A DNA stretch of 64,000 nucleotides from an uncultured bacterium (lineage in GTDB: Bacteria > AUK180): positions 1-64,000 of the forward strand of contig CALMGJ010000009.1 in NCBI GenBank assembly GCA_937863565.1, given 5' to 3'. The translations under genes were made by a program, and so were the position numbers. Under the pieces are notes generated by a model, which saw only the letters and a list, made by a program, of their open reading frames with translations, made no database searches and was not told the DNA's origin. Below, piece after piece: positions 19,096-29,136 of the stretch (positions are counted from its first letter, which is position 1; every line of letters begins with the position of its first letter).

Positions 19096-21720
19096 GTGGA
19101 AATAGAAAAGCAGTACGAACCGCAAAAACATGAGAAAAGAATATACGAATTCTGGGAAAAAAGCGGGCTTCACCGGATAGACATAACGGATAAGGACCCG
19201 TTCTGTATAGTCATCCCGCCGCCGAATATCACGGGAAGGCTCCATATGGGCCACGCTTTGAACAATACTATTCAGGATATACTCATCAGATACAAGCGCC
19301 TCAAGGGGTTCAATGCCCTGTGGATCCCCGGCACGGACCATGCGGGCATAGCCACTCACACGGTGGTGGAGAAGAAGATCGCAAAGGAGAAGAACCTGAC
19401 CCGGTGGGATATGGGACGGGAGGATTTCGAGAAGGAGATATGGAAGTGGAGGAATGAATTCGGAAGCGTCATTTTCCATCAGCTCCGGTCGCTTCTGGTG
19501 CTTCCCGACTGGACCAAGGAAAGGTTCACTCTTGATGAGGGGCTCTCTAATGCCGTTTATAAGGTATTCGAAACCCTGTTCAATGAGGGTTTGATCTACA
19601 GGGGGAATTATATCGTCAACTGGTGCCCGAGATGCCATACGGCCCTTGCCGACACTGAGGTGGAGCACAAGGACGTGAACTCCCATTTATGGTATATCAG
19701 ATATCCTCTGGTGCATCCTGCCGGAGCGGTGACACACATCACAGTGGCCACGACAAGACCCGAAACTATGCTCGGCGATACGGCGGTCGCCGTTAATCCG
19801 AAGGATGAACGCTACAAGCATCTTATCGGCCGGGAAGTCCTGCTTCCCGTCTCTGACAGGCCTGTCAAGATCATTGCCGATCAGATGGTGGACATGGAAT
19901 TCGGAACCGGTGCCGTGAAGATCACACCATTCCACGACCCCAATGATTTCGAGACGGCCGTGCGGCATAATCTCCGCTTTGAAAAGGTCATCGACGAGAA
20001 CGCCCTTATGACCGGAAGTATCCCCGAGCGATTTATCGGGAAATCAACGGAGGAGGCGAGAAAAATGATCGTGACCGAACTTCAGGAAAAGGGGCTTCTT
20101 GAGAAGACCGCGGATCATCTTCATGCCGTTACTACCTGTTACAGATGTTCAACTGTCCTCGAACCCCTCGTCTCCAAACAGTGGTTCATAAAAATGAAGG
20201 CACTTGCTGAACCTGCGATCAAAGAAGTAGAAGAAGGAAGAATAAACTTCATACCGGGAAAATGGGCAAAATATTATCTGAACTGGATGTACGAGATCCG
20301 TGATTGGTGCATTTCCCGTCAATTATGGTGGGGGCACAGGATCCCGGTCTTCTATTGCGACGATTGTTCCCATGGGCTTGTAGCGAAGGAAAAACCGGGA
20401 AAATGCCCGAAATGCGGGGGTCTTAATATGACACAGGATGAGGATGTGCTTGATACCTGGTTCTCCTCCGCACTCTGGCCATTCTCCACGATGGGGTGGC
20501 CCGAAAAGACGGACCTTCTTAAAAAATACTATCCCACTTCAGTTCTCGTTACTGACCGAGGGATCATATTCAACTGGGTTGCCAGGATGATCATAATGGG
20601 TATGAAGTTCATGAAGCTCAAACCGTTTTTTGATGTATACATCCACGGCACCATACTGGATTCAATAGGCAGAAAGATGTCCAAATCTCTCGGGAACGGG
20701 ATCGATCCGCTTGAGATGTCGGAAAAATACGGGGCCGATGCCGTCAGATTCTCTCTTGTAAGCATGACATCTTTCGGGCAGGACATATACCTTTCCGAAA
20801 ACAAGTTCGAAACAGGGCGGAATTTCGCGAATAAGATCTGGAATGCGATGCGTTTCATTCTTCTCAATGTGAAAGAAGGGGAAGCATATGAGGATTCCTT
20901 TTCAGCCGGACGCACCATGGATAAATGGATGATGCATGAACTTTCGGGAATGATCCTGGGCGCCGATGGTGCTCTGAAGGAATATAATTTCAACGAATAT
21001 ACCCAGGTGCTCTACCATTTTTTCTGGGATTCGTTCTGCGACAAGTATATTGAAGCGGCTAAATCGGGATTAGACAGGAAGGAGATGATCCAGAATCTTC
21101 TTTATGCCGCAAGAAGGTTCTTGATCGCGCTGTCCCCTGTTATGCCGGCGCTTTCCGAAGTGCTTTACGGTATGCTTCCCAACGCCTTTAAAAAACAAAA
21201 GAGCATCATTCTCGAGGAATTCCCGGAAGCGGAGAAAGGCGAATATAAAAAAGAGGCGGAGACCGTCGAAGATGTCTTTTCCTGGATCACGCTCGTCAGA
21301 CGGGCGCGTAAGGATTTCGGGATCAAACCTTCCTTAAAGATCGAGATAATGATCAGGGCCGGGCCGGCCGTGAGGAATGTTCTCGAAGAGATGAAAAGCG
21401 AATTTTTGAATTTTACGGGTGCCGGTTGTATTTCCTTCGGTGATTTCGACAGGATGGAGCACTCGATCAGCATAGTAACCCCCGGCATAGTATCGTTCAT
21501 ACCCGCCAAGGGCATCATGGACATAAAAAAGGAATTGGCACGTCTCCGCGACCAGTACGATAAATGTTCCTTTAATATAGAATCGCAGAAAAAAAGGCTC
21601 GGAAACAGCGAATTCACGGGAAAAGCTCCGCCCGAAGTTGTTGAAACGCTTCGGAAGAGCCTTGCCGGAAATGAAGAGCTTCTGAAAGAGATCTCCGTTA
21701 AAATTGAAAATCTTAAGTAG
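19096..21720 (+). CDS. valS: Valine--tRNA ligase
   Basis: PPPNITGRLHMGH, DHAGIAT, ATTRPET, DWCISRQLWWGH, KMSKS; GTG start with RBS AAGGAG. Confidence 0.97.
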   Translation: MEIEKQYEPQKHEKRIYEFWEKSGLHRIDITDKDPFCIVIPPPNITGRLHMGHALNNTIQDILIRYKRLKGFNALWIPGTDHAGIATHTVVEKKIAKEKNLTRWDMGREDFEKEIWKWRNEFGSVIFHQLRSLLVLPDWTKERFTLDEGLSNAVYKVFETLFNEGLIYRGNYIVNWCPRCHTALADTEVEHKDVNSHLWYIRYPLVHPAGAVTHITVATTRPETMLGDTAVAVNPKDERYKHLIGREVLLPVSDRPVKIIADQMVDMEFGTGAVKITPFHDPNDFETAVRHNLRFEKVIDENALMTGSIPERFIGKSTEEARKMIVTELQEKGLLEKTADHLHAVTTCYRCSTVLEPLVSKQWFIKMKALAEPAIKEVEEGRINFIPGKWAKYYLNWMYEIRDWCISRQLWWGHRIPVFYCDDCSHGLVAKEKPGKCPKCGGLNMTQDEDVLDTWFSSALWPFSTMGWPEKTDLLKKYYPTSVLVTDRGIIFNWVARMIIMGMKFMKLKPFFDVYIHGTILDSIGRKMSKSLGNGIDPLEMSEKYGADAVRFSLVSMTSFGQDIYLSENKFETGRNFANKIWNAMRFILLNVKEGEAYEDSFSAGRTMDKWMMHELSGMILGADGALKEYNFNEYTQVLYHFFWDSFCDKYIEAAKSGLDRKEMIQNLLYAARRFLIALSPVMPALSEVLYGMLPNAFKKQKSIILEEFPEAEKGEYKKEAETVEDVFSWITLVRRARKDFGIKPSLKIEIMIRAGPAVRNVLEEMKSEFLNFTGAGCISFGDFDRMEHSISIVTPGIVSFIPAKGIMDIKKELARLRDQYDKCSFNIESQKKRLGNSEFTGKAPPEVVETLRKSLAGNEELLKEISVKIENLK

Positions 21721-22549
21721 AGAGAATAAAGGCGATTTCATTAAGCATTTCGCAAGTAATCCGTATTACGAAGCAGGTTGTTCCCATCAGATAGATATTA
21801 TAGAAGGATGTCCTTATTCCTGCAGCTACTGTTTTCTGCGCCATTATCTGAATACGCCGGATATAGTTATCTACGATAATCCGGAAAAACTCGACCGTGA
21901 ACTCAACGGAATCAACGTACCTTATTTTAATCTTTCCGTAATGACGGACGGCGGGTTCATGGCCGGACAGAAGGATGTGATGCGGCGGCTTTTCCGTGTT
22001 CTGGAGAACTATCCCGGAAAAATCTTCGAGATCCGTTTCAAGCATTCGGGCGTGACCGGTCTTCTCGAACTGGAGCCGCCGAAAAACATCAATTTCACGG
22101 CGACCATGACCACGGACCGCATCGCCGAAGCGCTTGAACCTTCCGCTTCTTTTCCCGATGAAAGGCTTGCGGCTCTGGAGATATTGAGGGATAATGGATA
22201 TATGATCTCCGTTGTTGCCGATCCCGTTATCGTATACGGTGGCTGGGAAGCTGATTACAGGGAGCTTTTTTCCCGGATCAGGGCAAGAATACCTTCGCTG
22301 TACAGATTGGGCATGGGGCTCCTGCGTCTGGAAAAGCACATTTACGCGGAACTACTTTCCCGCTGCGCCTTGAAAGGATTTACGCTCGAAGGCGAATTCA
22401 TCGAAGGGGATGATGGAAAGATGCGTTATTTTTTTACGGACAGGATACTGTATTATAAAAGCCTTCTTGCCGCTGCGGCAGGCATAGGACAAAAGGAGCT
22501 GGTCCTTTATATGGAAAGTGAGGATGTCAAAAGAGAAGTTCTACCGTAA
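21704..22549 (+). CDS. Radical SAM protein, spore photoproduct lyase-like
   Basis: GCPYSCSYCFL (CxxxCxxC); DGKMRYF near the C-terminus. Confidence 0.75.
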   Translation: MKILSRENKGDFIKHFASNPYYEAGCSHQIDIIEGCPYSCSYCFLRHYLNTPDIVIYDNPEKLDRELNGINVPYFNLSVMTDGGFMAGQKDVMRRLFRVLENYPGKIFEIRFKHSGVTGLLELEPPKNINFTATMTTDRIAEALEPSASFPDERLAALEILRDNGYMISVVADPVIVYGGWEADYRELFSRIRARIPSLYRLGMGLLRLEKHIYAELLSRCALKGFTLEGEFIEGDDGKMRYFFTDRILYYKSLLAAAAGIGQKELVLYMESEDVKREVLP

Positions 22550-24065
22550 TTCCCTCATGATGAGCGCGGTCGTATTCGTATCGCGCATATTCGGTTTCGT
22601 GCGGGATATGATAACAGCCGCATTTTTCGGCACTTCTACCGTTTCGGACGCATATTTCGCTGCTTTCAGGATTCCGAACACGCTCCGCAGCCTGCTCGGA
22701 GAAGGAGCGTTCAATTCCGCCTTCATCCCCCTCTACAGCGATTATATCGCAGCGGGCGACCGTAAAAAACAGGCTCTTTTTCTCGGCAATGTTCTGGTCC
22801 GTTTCTCCTTTGTTCTATTCGTATTGTCACTCTGCTTCATGCTGTTCTCTAAAGAGATCATTCTCTTCATATCTTTTCTGGCCCCCGAGAAAGAGGCTTT
22901 CATTGAACTTGCCGCAAGGCTTCTGAAGGTGACATCCTGGTATCTTCTTCTAGTGGGTCTGGCTTCCTTTTTCATGGCGATACAGCAGGCGAACGATTCA
23001 TTCGCTAAGGCGGCCGCCGGACAGATCGTTTTCAACATTGGTTTTATTGCCGTCCTTTTGCTCCTTTTCAGGATAAACGACGATCTCAAGCGCGTATATG
23101 TAGCATCCTTCGGAGTCATTGCGGCGGGGCTTTGTCAGATGGCCTATCAGATGAACGAGGTCATCCGTCTGAAAGTACCTTTCATGCTTAATCTGAAACA
23201 CGAGAATCACAGTATGAAAAGACTTCTTCGGATCATGGCACCGGCGATATTCGGGCAGGCCATCATTGAGATCAACCTTCTTGCGGACAGTATTTTCGCT
23301 CTTCTGATATCAACGGGCGCAGTGACCGCCCTGTACTACGCTTCGCGCATCATGCAGCTCCCGATCGGCATCTTCTCCGTTTCGATCGCCACGGTTTCAC
23401 TGACCATTTTCTCGAAGAACATAGCAAGGAACGAAAGTATTCGCGAAGGACTGAACACGAGTATAAAAAGCTTAAGTTATATCATCCTTCCCGTAACGAG
23501 TTATCTGATAGGTGGCGGCCTGTACATTATCCGTATCCTCTTCGAACGCGGGAATTTCACCTATGAATCATCGGCGCATACGGCCGCGTTGCTCCTATAT
23601 TTTTCTATGGGCATCATATTCTTTTCTTTTGTCAAACTCTTTGCCCAGATCTTCTATGCGCATAAATCCGTTAAATACCCCGTTATCTTCACATCGGTCT
23701 CGATGATCCTCAATATCGAATTCGTGATGATCTTCACCCGTTATCTCGGGGCCGGAGGAATAGCCCTTGCCACTTCGCTTTCTACTGCAGTCAATTTCAC
23801 CCTTCTTTATGCGTATTCGGAAAAATTCTACGGATTGAAGCCCGATTTTACTCCTTTTTTTAAACTGTTGCCTATAGCCGTCAGCGTTTCCCTGCTTCTC
23901 CTTTTTTTAAGAGGGCCGATCGAAGGCCTTATCCCGATTAAGCACGTTTTCCTGAAAAATGTCCTGATGGCGGGGATTTATTTCATTCTGAATTTATTGC
24001 CGTATTTCATCCTGATAAAGCCTTCCGACATTCTTGCGTTCAGAAAAAGAATGCAAAACACTTGA
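22524..24065 (+). CDS. murJ: Lipid II flippase MurJ (MviN)
   Basis: SRIFGFVRD, AFRIPN, GEGAFNSAFIP, LYYASRIMQLPIG, LFERGNF. Confidence 0.95.
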   Translation: MSKEKFYRNSLMMSAVVFVSRIFGFVRDMITAAFFGTSTVSDAYFAAFRIPNTLRSLLGEGAFNSAFIPLYSDYIAAGDRKKQALFLGNVLVRFSFVLFVLSLCFMLFSKEIILFISFLAPEKEAFIELAARLLKVTSWYLLLVGLASFFMAIQQANDSFAKAAAGQIVFNIGFIAVLLLLFRINDDLKRVYVASFGVIAAGLCQMAYQMNEVIRLKVPFMLNLKHENHSMKRLLRIMAPAIFGQAIIEINLLADSIFALLISTGAVTALYYASRIMQLPIGIFSVSIATVSLTIFSKNIARNESIREGLNTSIKSLSYIILPVTSYLIGGGLYIIRILFERGNFTYESSAHTAALLLYFSMGIIFFSFVKLFAQIFYAHKSVKYPVIFTSVSMILNIEFVMIFTRYLGAGGIALATSLSTAVNFTLLYAYSEKFYGLKPDFTPFFKLLPIAVSVSLLLLFLRGPIEGLIPIKHVFLKNVLMAGIYFILNLLPYFILIKPSDILAFRKRMQNT

Positions 24066-24114
24066 TTATTTTTTAAAAATCATTAAAATTATATAATGTA
24101 ATGAGGTATGTCGT

Positions 24115-25110
24115 ATGAACAAAGCTCAGAAAACCGTTCTGACATTAGAGATCGTATTAATTGCCGCCGGCCTGCTGGTTATAGTATTTTCCAGCCTTGG
24201 CGGCGGAAGAGGATATCTCAAGGATTTCGAAACGAGGCTTACCGCCCTCAATGACAGGCTCTCCGAAAAAGAAACCCAGTTCGCCTCAAATCCGCAGATC
24301 GTTTCCATAATTCAACAAAAGAAAGCCGAGATCACTTCGATGATCGAGAAATACAAGGATAAATCGCAGAAGATCGACAAGGCATTTGAAGAAAGAAAGA
24401 TCATAAACTACGAGGCGGAGATAGAGACCTTCACGGATGACTGTCTGAAAATGGCGAAATCCATTGCCGACGTAGAGGAATTCATTAAAGCCGTTGAGAA
24501 ATTCCTTTCAGGCAGCCAGGAAGATATTGGGAAGCTCAATGCCAATAAACGGATTTCGGCCTCTGAAAAGAAAGAGATAAAAGAACTTCAGATAAATCTC
24601 GGGAATGGATTGAAAGAGTTAAAATCAAAACTTTCGGAATCCAAAACCCCCAGTTCATGCACTCAACTCTCTTTGTATGCTTATGATCTGAGGCAGCCCT
24701 TGGCAGAACTCAAGAACAAGATCGAGTTCGGATTGAAGAAGATAAACGAGAAGATCTCGGTCAATACGAACGACCTTCTGAACAAGATCAACACGGAGAC
24801 GCAGACAAAAAAACAAACTCGCATAAAGACCAAACCCGAGATAACCAGAAAGGTGATCCCCGATTATCCGGCAGAATTCAAGGGCACGGGGTACTTCGCT
24901 ATAATTCTTGTTAAGATCGGCGCAAGCGGTATGCCCGCCGGGACGAGCGTAGCGCAATCGAGCGGCAATGCGGCCTTTGATGATTTCTGCCGACAGCAGG
25001 CTATGAAGCTGGAATTCAAGCCGGCCATAGGATATTATCCCGATGAACCGGATAAACTGTTCCCCGTGGAAAGTGAATCTCAATATCCGTTCAAAGCACC
25101 CACTCAGTAA
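24115..25110 (+). CDS. TonB-family protein with coiled-coil spacer
   Basis: N-terminal TM helix; C-terminal PDYP, SSGNAAFD, FKPA TonB_C-like motifs. Confidence 0.7.
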   Translation: MNKAQKTVLTLEIVLIAAGLLVIVFSSLGGGRGYLKDFETRLTALNDRLSEKETQFASNPQIVSIIQQKKAEITSMIEKYKDKSQKIDKAFEERKIINYEAEIETFTDDCLKMAKSIADVEEFIKAVEKFLSGSQEDIGKLNANKRISASEKKEIKELQINLGNGLKELKSKLSESKTPSSCTQLSLYAYDLRQPLAELKNKIEFGLKKINEKISVNTNDLLNKINTETQTKKQTRIKTKPEITRKVIPDYPAEFKGTGYFAIILVKIGASGMPAGTSVAQSSGNAAFDDFCRQQAMKLEFKPAIGYYPDEPDKLFPVESESQYPFKAPTQ

Positions 25111-25122
25111 CGGAGGTCCATT

Positions 25123-25986
25123 ATGAAAAAAACTGTACTGGTTCTATTTTTGATAACCGTAGTCCTTGCGGCTTCTGCCGAAGTACTTAAAGCGCCGGGA
25201 AAGAACTTCAATTTTCAGATCGTTCCGATGCATTTTCTCGGCCAATCCCCGAAGGTTTATATGCGGATGTACATTTCGATCCCCGTTGTTGAGCTTGGGA
25301 TCGAAAAAGAAGCTAAGACTAAAAAGGGTGAAAGCGTTTTTTTCGTTAACGTTGAATATTCCGTTCAGGTGAGGACCGCATCGGAAACAGTCAATAAAGA
25401 GTCATGGAAACAGAAAACGATCTTCTCCCGCTACAATGTCAGAACTCATATCATGAACTTCTACGACTGTTTTGTTCCAGAGGCCAGCCCTTATGAAATA
25501 GAAGTTACGGTCACTGACCTTAATTCGAAGAAAGAGGAGACGCTTGTCTGCACCATACAGTCCCCGGTCTTCAATGATTTCTCCGTATCTTCGTTCTTCT
25601 GGGCAACGCAGATCCGGAAGGCGGAACCGGACGATGAACGGAATTATGTCTTTAATTCATTATACTTCAAACCCATTGTTGAGCGTTCTCTTTTTTCTCC
25701 AAATTTTCCCATGTTCTATGCCGATATCTACAATTTGACCGATGACGGCAATGGCATGTATCCGTATTCCGTTGAATATGATATCATGGAGGGCGGAAAG
25801 AGCATTTACAGGTTCCATAGCGAGAAAACGGTCGATATGCCTTCCGTTGTCCATATCAGCGAACCTCCGATTTTTGACATTTTTAACCTTTTGCCGAAAG
25901 GGACATACGAAATAAAAGTCACGATCAAAGATATGGTCTCCGAAAAAGAGATCTCCGTCAATGAAGCGTTCGAAAAAATAGATTGA
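25123..25986 (+). CDS. Secreted hypothetical protein (beta-sandwich-like)
   Basis: Signal peptide, RBS GGAGG, LPKGTYEIKVTIKD Ig-like end. Confidence 0.7.
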   Translation: MKKTVLVLFLITVVLAASAEVLKAPGKNFNFQIVPMHFLGQSPKVYMRMYISIPVVELGIEKEAKTKKGESVFFVNVEYSVQVRTASETVNKESWKQKTIFSRYNVRTHIMNFYDCFVPEASPYEIEVTVTDLNSKKEETLVCTIQSPVFNDFSVSSFFWATQIRKAEPDDERNYVFNSLYFKPIVERSLFSPNFPMFYADIYNLTDDGNGMYPYSVEYDIMEGGKSIYRFHSEKTVDMPSVVHISEPPIFDIFNLLPKGTYEIKVTIKDMVSEKEISVNEAFEKID

Positions 25987-26023
25987 TAAAGAATAAACGG
26001 CCCCTGGCCGGGAGGGAGGCGGA

Positions 26024-26455
26024 ATGATAGATACAAGATGGTCCGATTTCGAGGAGATCAACAGGACAAAGAACTCTCAGATCCTGATGTGGGTGATGTT
26101 CTTTGTCGTCCTATTGGCGTCAATCGTGATCACGGGGGAACTTGTAGCGCATATGTCCAAGGCCTCGGAGGAGATCAACCGCATCGAGGGCGTTAAAATA
26201 TACAATAAATTCGGGGAGATCGTCAAGGAGATCCGTTCGCCTCGTTTTGAAGTAATGGAGGACGGTTCGACGACGGACTGGCTCAAGTACTGGGACAAAA
26301 GGTGGAACCGGAATGCTGTTATGATCTTCGTGGTGCTTTTTCTCACGATCCTGATCGAAGTGCTTCTCGTGGTCCAGATCAAGTATTTGTACAGGAAAGA
26401 GATGATGATGATCTATAAGTATGAGCTCGAGAAACACAGTAAACCCGAAGATTGA
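26024..26455 (+). CDS. Hypothetical membrane protein (2 TM)
   Basis: Two hydrophobic segments; RBS GGAGG. Confidence 0.7.
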   Translation: MIDTRWSDFEEINRTKNSQILMWVMFFVVLLASIVITGELVAHMSKASEEINRIEGVKIYNKFGEIVKEIRSPRFEVMEDGSTTDWLKYWDKRWNRNAVMIFVVLFLTILIEVLLVVQIKYLYRKEMMMIYKYELEKHSKPED

Positions 26456-27506
26456 GGCAGCCTTACGCAAATTCTGCGCATCAAAGGATAAAAAGGATTT
26501 CGACGAACTTTATGTTCTTATAGACCGGAATGAGATCGCCGATGAACTGCTCGCTAACTTTCCCGGATTCTGGAAGATCGACAAAGCGCTGAATATCGAG
26601 GGCGGCATTGAAACGCTCAAGAACGATTCCATGCTTGAACTCTATAAAAATGTCATGGATAGCGAAATTGAGACCGCCGGGAAGATGCCGGATTTTCAAA
26701 GGAAACTGGAAGACTTTCTTTCCTTTCACAAGAATGACTTCGTTACCCTGACAGGTGAGTTGCTCGAGTATTCATTTTCCGTTCCATACAGGGATTATTT
26801 TCTGCTTGAGGGCATAAGGGAGTTTTCCGAGTACGCTCTTTTCGAGATATTCTCCATTATCGAGGATACGCTTGCTGAGCTCATGGAAGGGGGCAGATTT
26901 GTGTTGTTCTTCCATGCGGTCCTGCTGCTTGACGGTGACCGGATCTCAAGGATACTCGGAATATCCGATTTCGAGAGCAGCCTGAGGGAAGAGGCGGCAG
27001 CATTTGCCGCTTCAGCCGCCAAAGCTGGCCTTGGCGTTCTTTTATCCGTTTACATAAAGGAGCTTGGCGATATCGATGAATTCCGTTTACAGCTCGAGGC
27101 CGATAGGAACGAGGCCATTTTCAATGAGCGTCTGAAAATGACGCCTTTTAAGAAGATCGAAACTGAGCTTTCAACTGACGGAGCCAAAGAAAGGCTGTTC
27201 TTCTCATTGAATTCCTATCTGGGAGCCGTTATGAACTCGGCGGGGAAGCATGTTCTGAACGATCCTTATTCTGGAGAATCCTTGACCCGGATCTTATGTC
27301 CCGCTCTTCTTTTCACTACGGATGAGTTCGTGAAGGAACTTTTTACAAGAAAGGAGAATATCAATGCCGTTGAATCGGGGCTCAGCCTCGTTGAACTGGA
27401 CGGCGAAAAAAGAAGGGCTCTTGAAAAAGAGAGCGGACTTCCTTTCGGATATCTGGAACAGTTCGGGTTCCGGATGGCCCTGAAGGAATTATTTCCCTCT
27501 TTTTAA
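26421..27506 (+). CDS. Hypothetical protein
   Basis: 361-aa ORF in operon context; no motif recognised. Confidence 0.6.
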   Translation: MSSRNTVNPKIEAALRKFCASKDKKDFDELYVLIDRNEIADELLANFPGFWKIDKALNIEGGIETLKNDSMLELYKNVMDSEIETAGKMPDFQRKLEDFLSFHKNDFVTLTGELLEYSFSVPYRDYFLLEGIREFSEYALFEIFSIIEDTLAELMEGGRFVLFFHAVLLLDGDRISRILGISDFESSLREEAAAFAASAAKAGLGVLLSVYIKELGDIDEFRLQLEADRNEAIFNERLKMTPFKKIETELSTDGAKERLFFSLNSYLGAVMNSAGKHVLNDPYSGESLTRILCPALLFTTDEFVKELFTRKENINAVESGLSLVELDGEKRRALEKESGLPFGYLEQFGFRMALKELFPSF

Positions 27507-28226
27507 TCTTTCCGCCAGGATCGGCGGAAGGCCATTGGAAATGATCAGATCGAAAGCGGCATCGATATCGTATTCTATGCGCTTGTATTGAACGCTCTTT
27601 TTATCCGGATCGAAAATAACATAGCAGGCGCGTGGATCAAGGTCTCTCGGCTGGCCTACAGAACCTACGTTCACGATCGCCTTCTCGTCCTCTTCTAACT
27701 CCATATAATCGGGTTTTGTGAATTCGAAGACCTTCCCTCCTTTCTGCTTGAAGATAACGGGGATATGCGAGTGGCCTATGAATACGATCTTCGACGTGGT
27801 CATGCTCATGGTCATGAACACCATTTCGGCCGCGTCTTCATTCGTGATATATGTCCAGTTATCCGGGAATACCGGAGATGAGTGAACGAAGACAAGATCA
27901 TCCGTCTTCTGTACGAGATCGAGCTTTGACAAGTATTGCATATTGACGTTCGATATTGTTTTTTTCGTATAATCTATCGCTTTGATCGCGAAAGGATTAA
28001 AAAATTCATAGGGCATATAGTCGCAAACGGCGGCATCGTGATTGCCCCGGATGCACAGAGAGCATTTCTCTTTGACAAGATCGAGGCATTCATTCGGTTG
28101 AGCAGCATATCCGACCGTGTCTCCGAGATTGAATATACTGCTGATGCCTTCTTTTTCAATGTCCTTCAGAACTTCCTTCAAGGCATTGAGGTTCGAGTGA
28201 ATATCCGATATTATCGCTATTTTCAT
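27489..28226 (-). CDS. Metallophosphoesterase (calcineurin-like)
   Basis: SDIHSN, LGDTVGY, RGNHD, GHSH, NVGSVGQPRD. Confidence 0.92.
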   Translation of the reverse strand: MKIAIISDIHSNLNALKEVLKDIEKEGISSIFNLGDTVGYAAQPNECLDLVKEKCSLCIRGNHDAAVCDYMPYEFFNPFAIKAIDYTKKTISNVNMQYLSKLDLVQKTDDLVFVHSSPVFPDNWTYITNEDAAEMVFMTMSMTTSKIVFIGHSHIPVIFKQKGGKVFEFTKPDYMELEEDEKAIVNVGSVGQPRDLDPRACYVIFDPDKKSVQYKRIEYDIDAAFDLIISNGLPPILAERLKRGK

Positions 28227-28672
28227 TTCTTCATTTCCTTCAGTGATTTCGAGATCTTGTCAAGTATTCCGTTTATGAACCGCCGAGAATCCATATTCCC
28301 GTATATCTTGCCGATCTCGATCGCTTCATTGATGCTGACAAGCGGCGGGACATCCTCAACATAGAATATCTCATAGACCGCGTATCTCAGGATATTCCTG
28401 TCTATGATGGCCATCCGGTCAAGGCTCCAGTTCTCGGAATACTCTTCAACAAGCCGGTCTATGCGTTCCTTGTTCTTCAATACACCCGTTACGAGCGATC
28501 TTGTATATTCGCGGATATCTGGATCTTCCGGCGTTTCCGAAAAAAGATCAAAATAATTATCTATGGCGTATTCGGGTTTGTCGCCCGAAAGGTCAATCGC
28601 GTAAAGCACCTTGAGCGCGTTCTCTCTGGCTATCCGCCTTTTCTGAGTGAACGACAGCTTTTTTGGCGTCAT
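28223..28672 (-). CDS. nusB: Transcription antitermination factor NusB
   Basis: RRIARE, WSLDRMAIIDRNILR, INEAIEIGK, FINGILD. Confidence 0.95.
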   Translation of the reverse strand: MTPKKLSFTQKRRIARENALKVLYAIDLSGDKPEYAIDNYFDLFSETPEDPDIREYTRSLVTGVLKNKERIDRLVEEYSENWSLDRMAIIDRNILRYAVYEIFYVEDVPPLVSINEAIEIGKIYGNMDSRRFINGILDKISKSLKEMKK

Positions 28673-29133
28673 ATATTCTTAAGAAGGTCCATCATTTCAA
28701 GAAGGGACATCGCGGCTTCGAAGCCTTTATTGCCGGACTTCGCGCCGGCTCTGTCCATGGCCTGATCGAGAGTATCGCAGGTCAATACCCCGTAGGATAT
28801 GGGAATACTCGATTTCATGGCCGCCGAGGCTATGCCTTTCGTGGTTTCTGCCGCAATATAATCAAAATGGGGCGTCTCGCCTCTTATCACGGCGCCAAGG
28901 GTCAGGATGCCGTCGATCTTCTTTTCAGATCTCGCAAGATGGGACAGGAAAACGGGGATCTCGAATGCCCCCGGCACCCAGTATACGCTGATATCCGTTT
29001 TTACGATACCGTGGCGTTCCAGAGCGTCCAGTGCGCCGCCGAGAAGTTTCTCTGTAATGGCGCTGTTGAACTTGCTTATCACGATCGCAACGCTTTTTCC
29101 TTTCCCGTCGAACTTCCCTTCGAATATTTTCAT
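28669..29133 (-). CDS. ribH: 6,7-dimethyl-8-ribityllumazine synthase
   Basis: VPGAFEIP, LGAVIRGETPHFDY, QAMDRAG.KSGNKG. Confidence 0.97.
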   Translation of the reverse strand: MKIFEGKFDGKGKSVAIVISKFNSAITEKLLGGALDALERHGIVKTDISVYWVPGAFEIPVFLSHLARSEKKIDGILTLGAVIRGETPHFDYIAAETTKGIASAAMKSSIPISYGVLTCDTLDQAMDRAGAKSGNKGFEAAMSLLEMMDLLKNI

Positions 29134-29136
29134 CTG

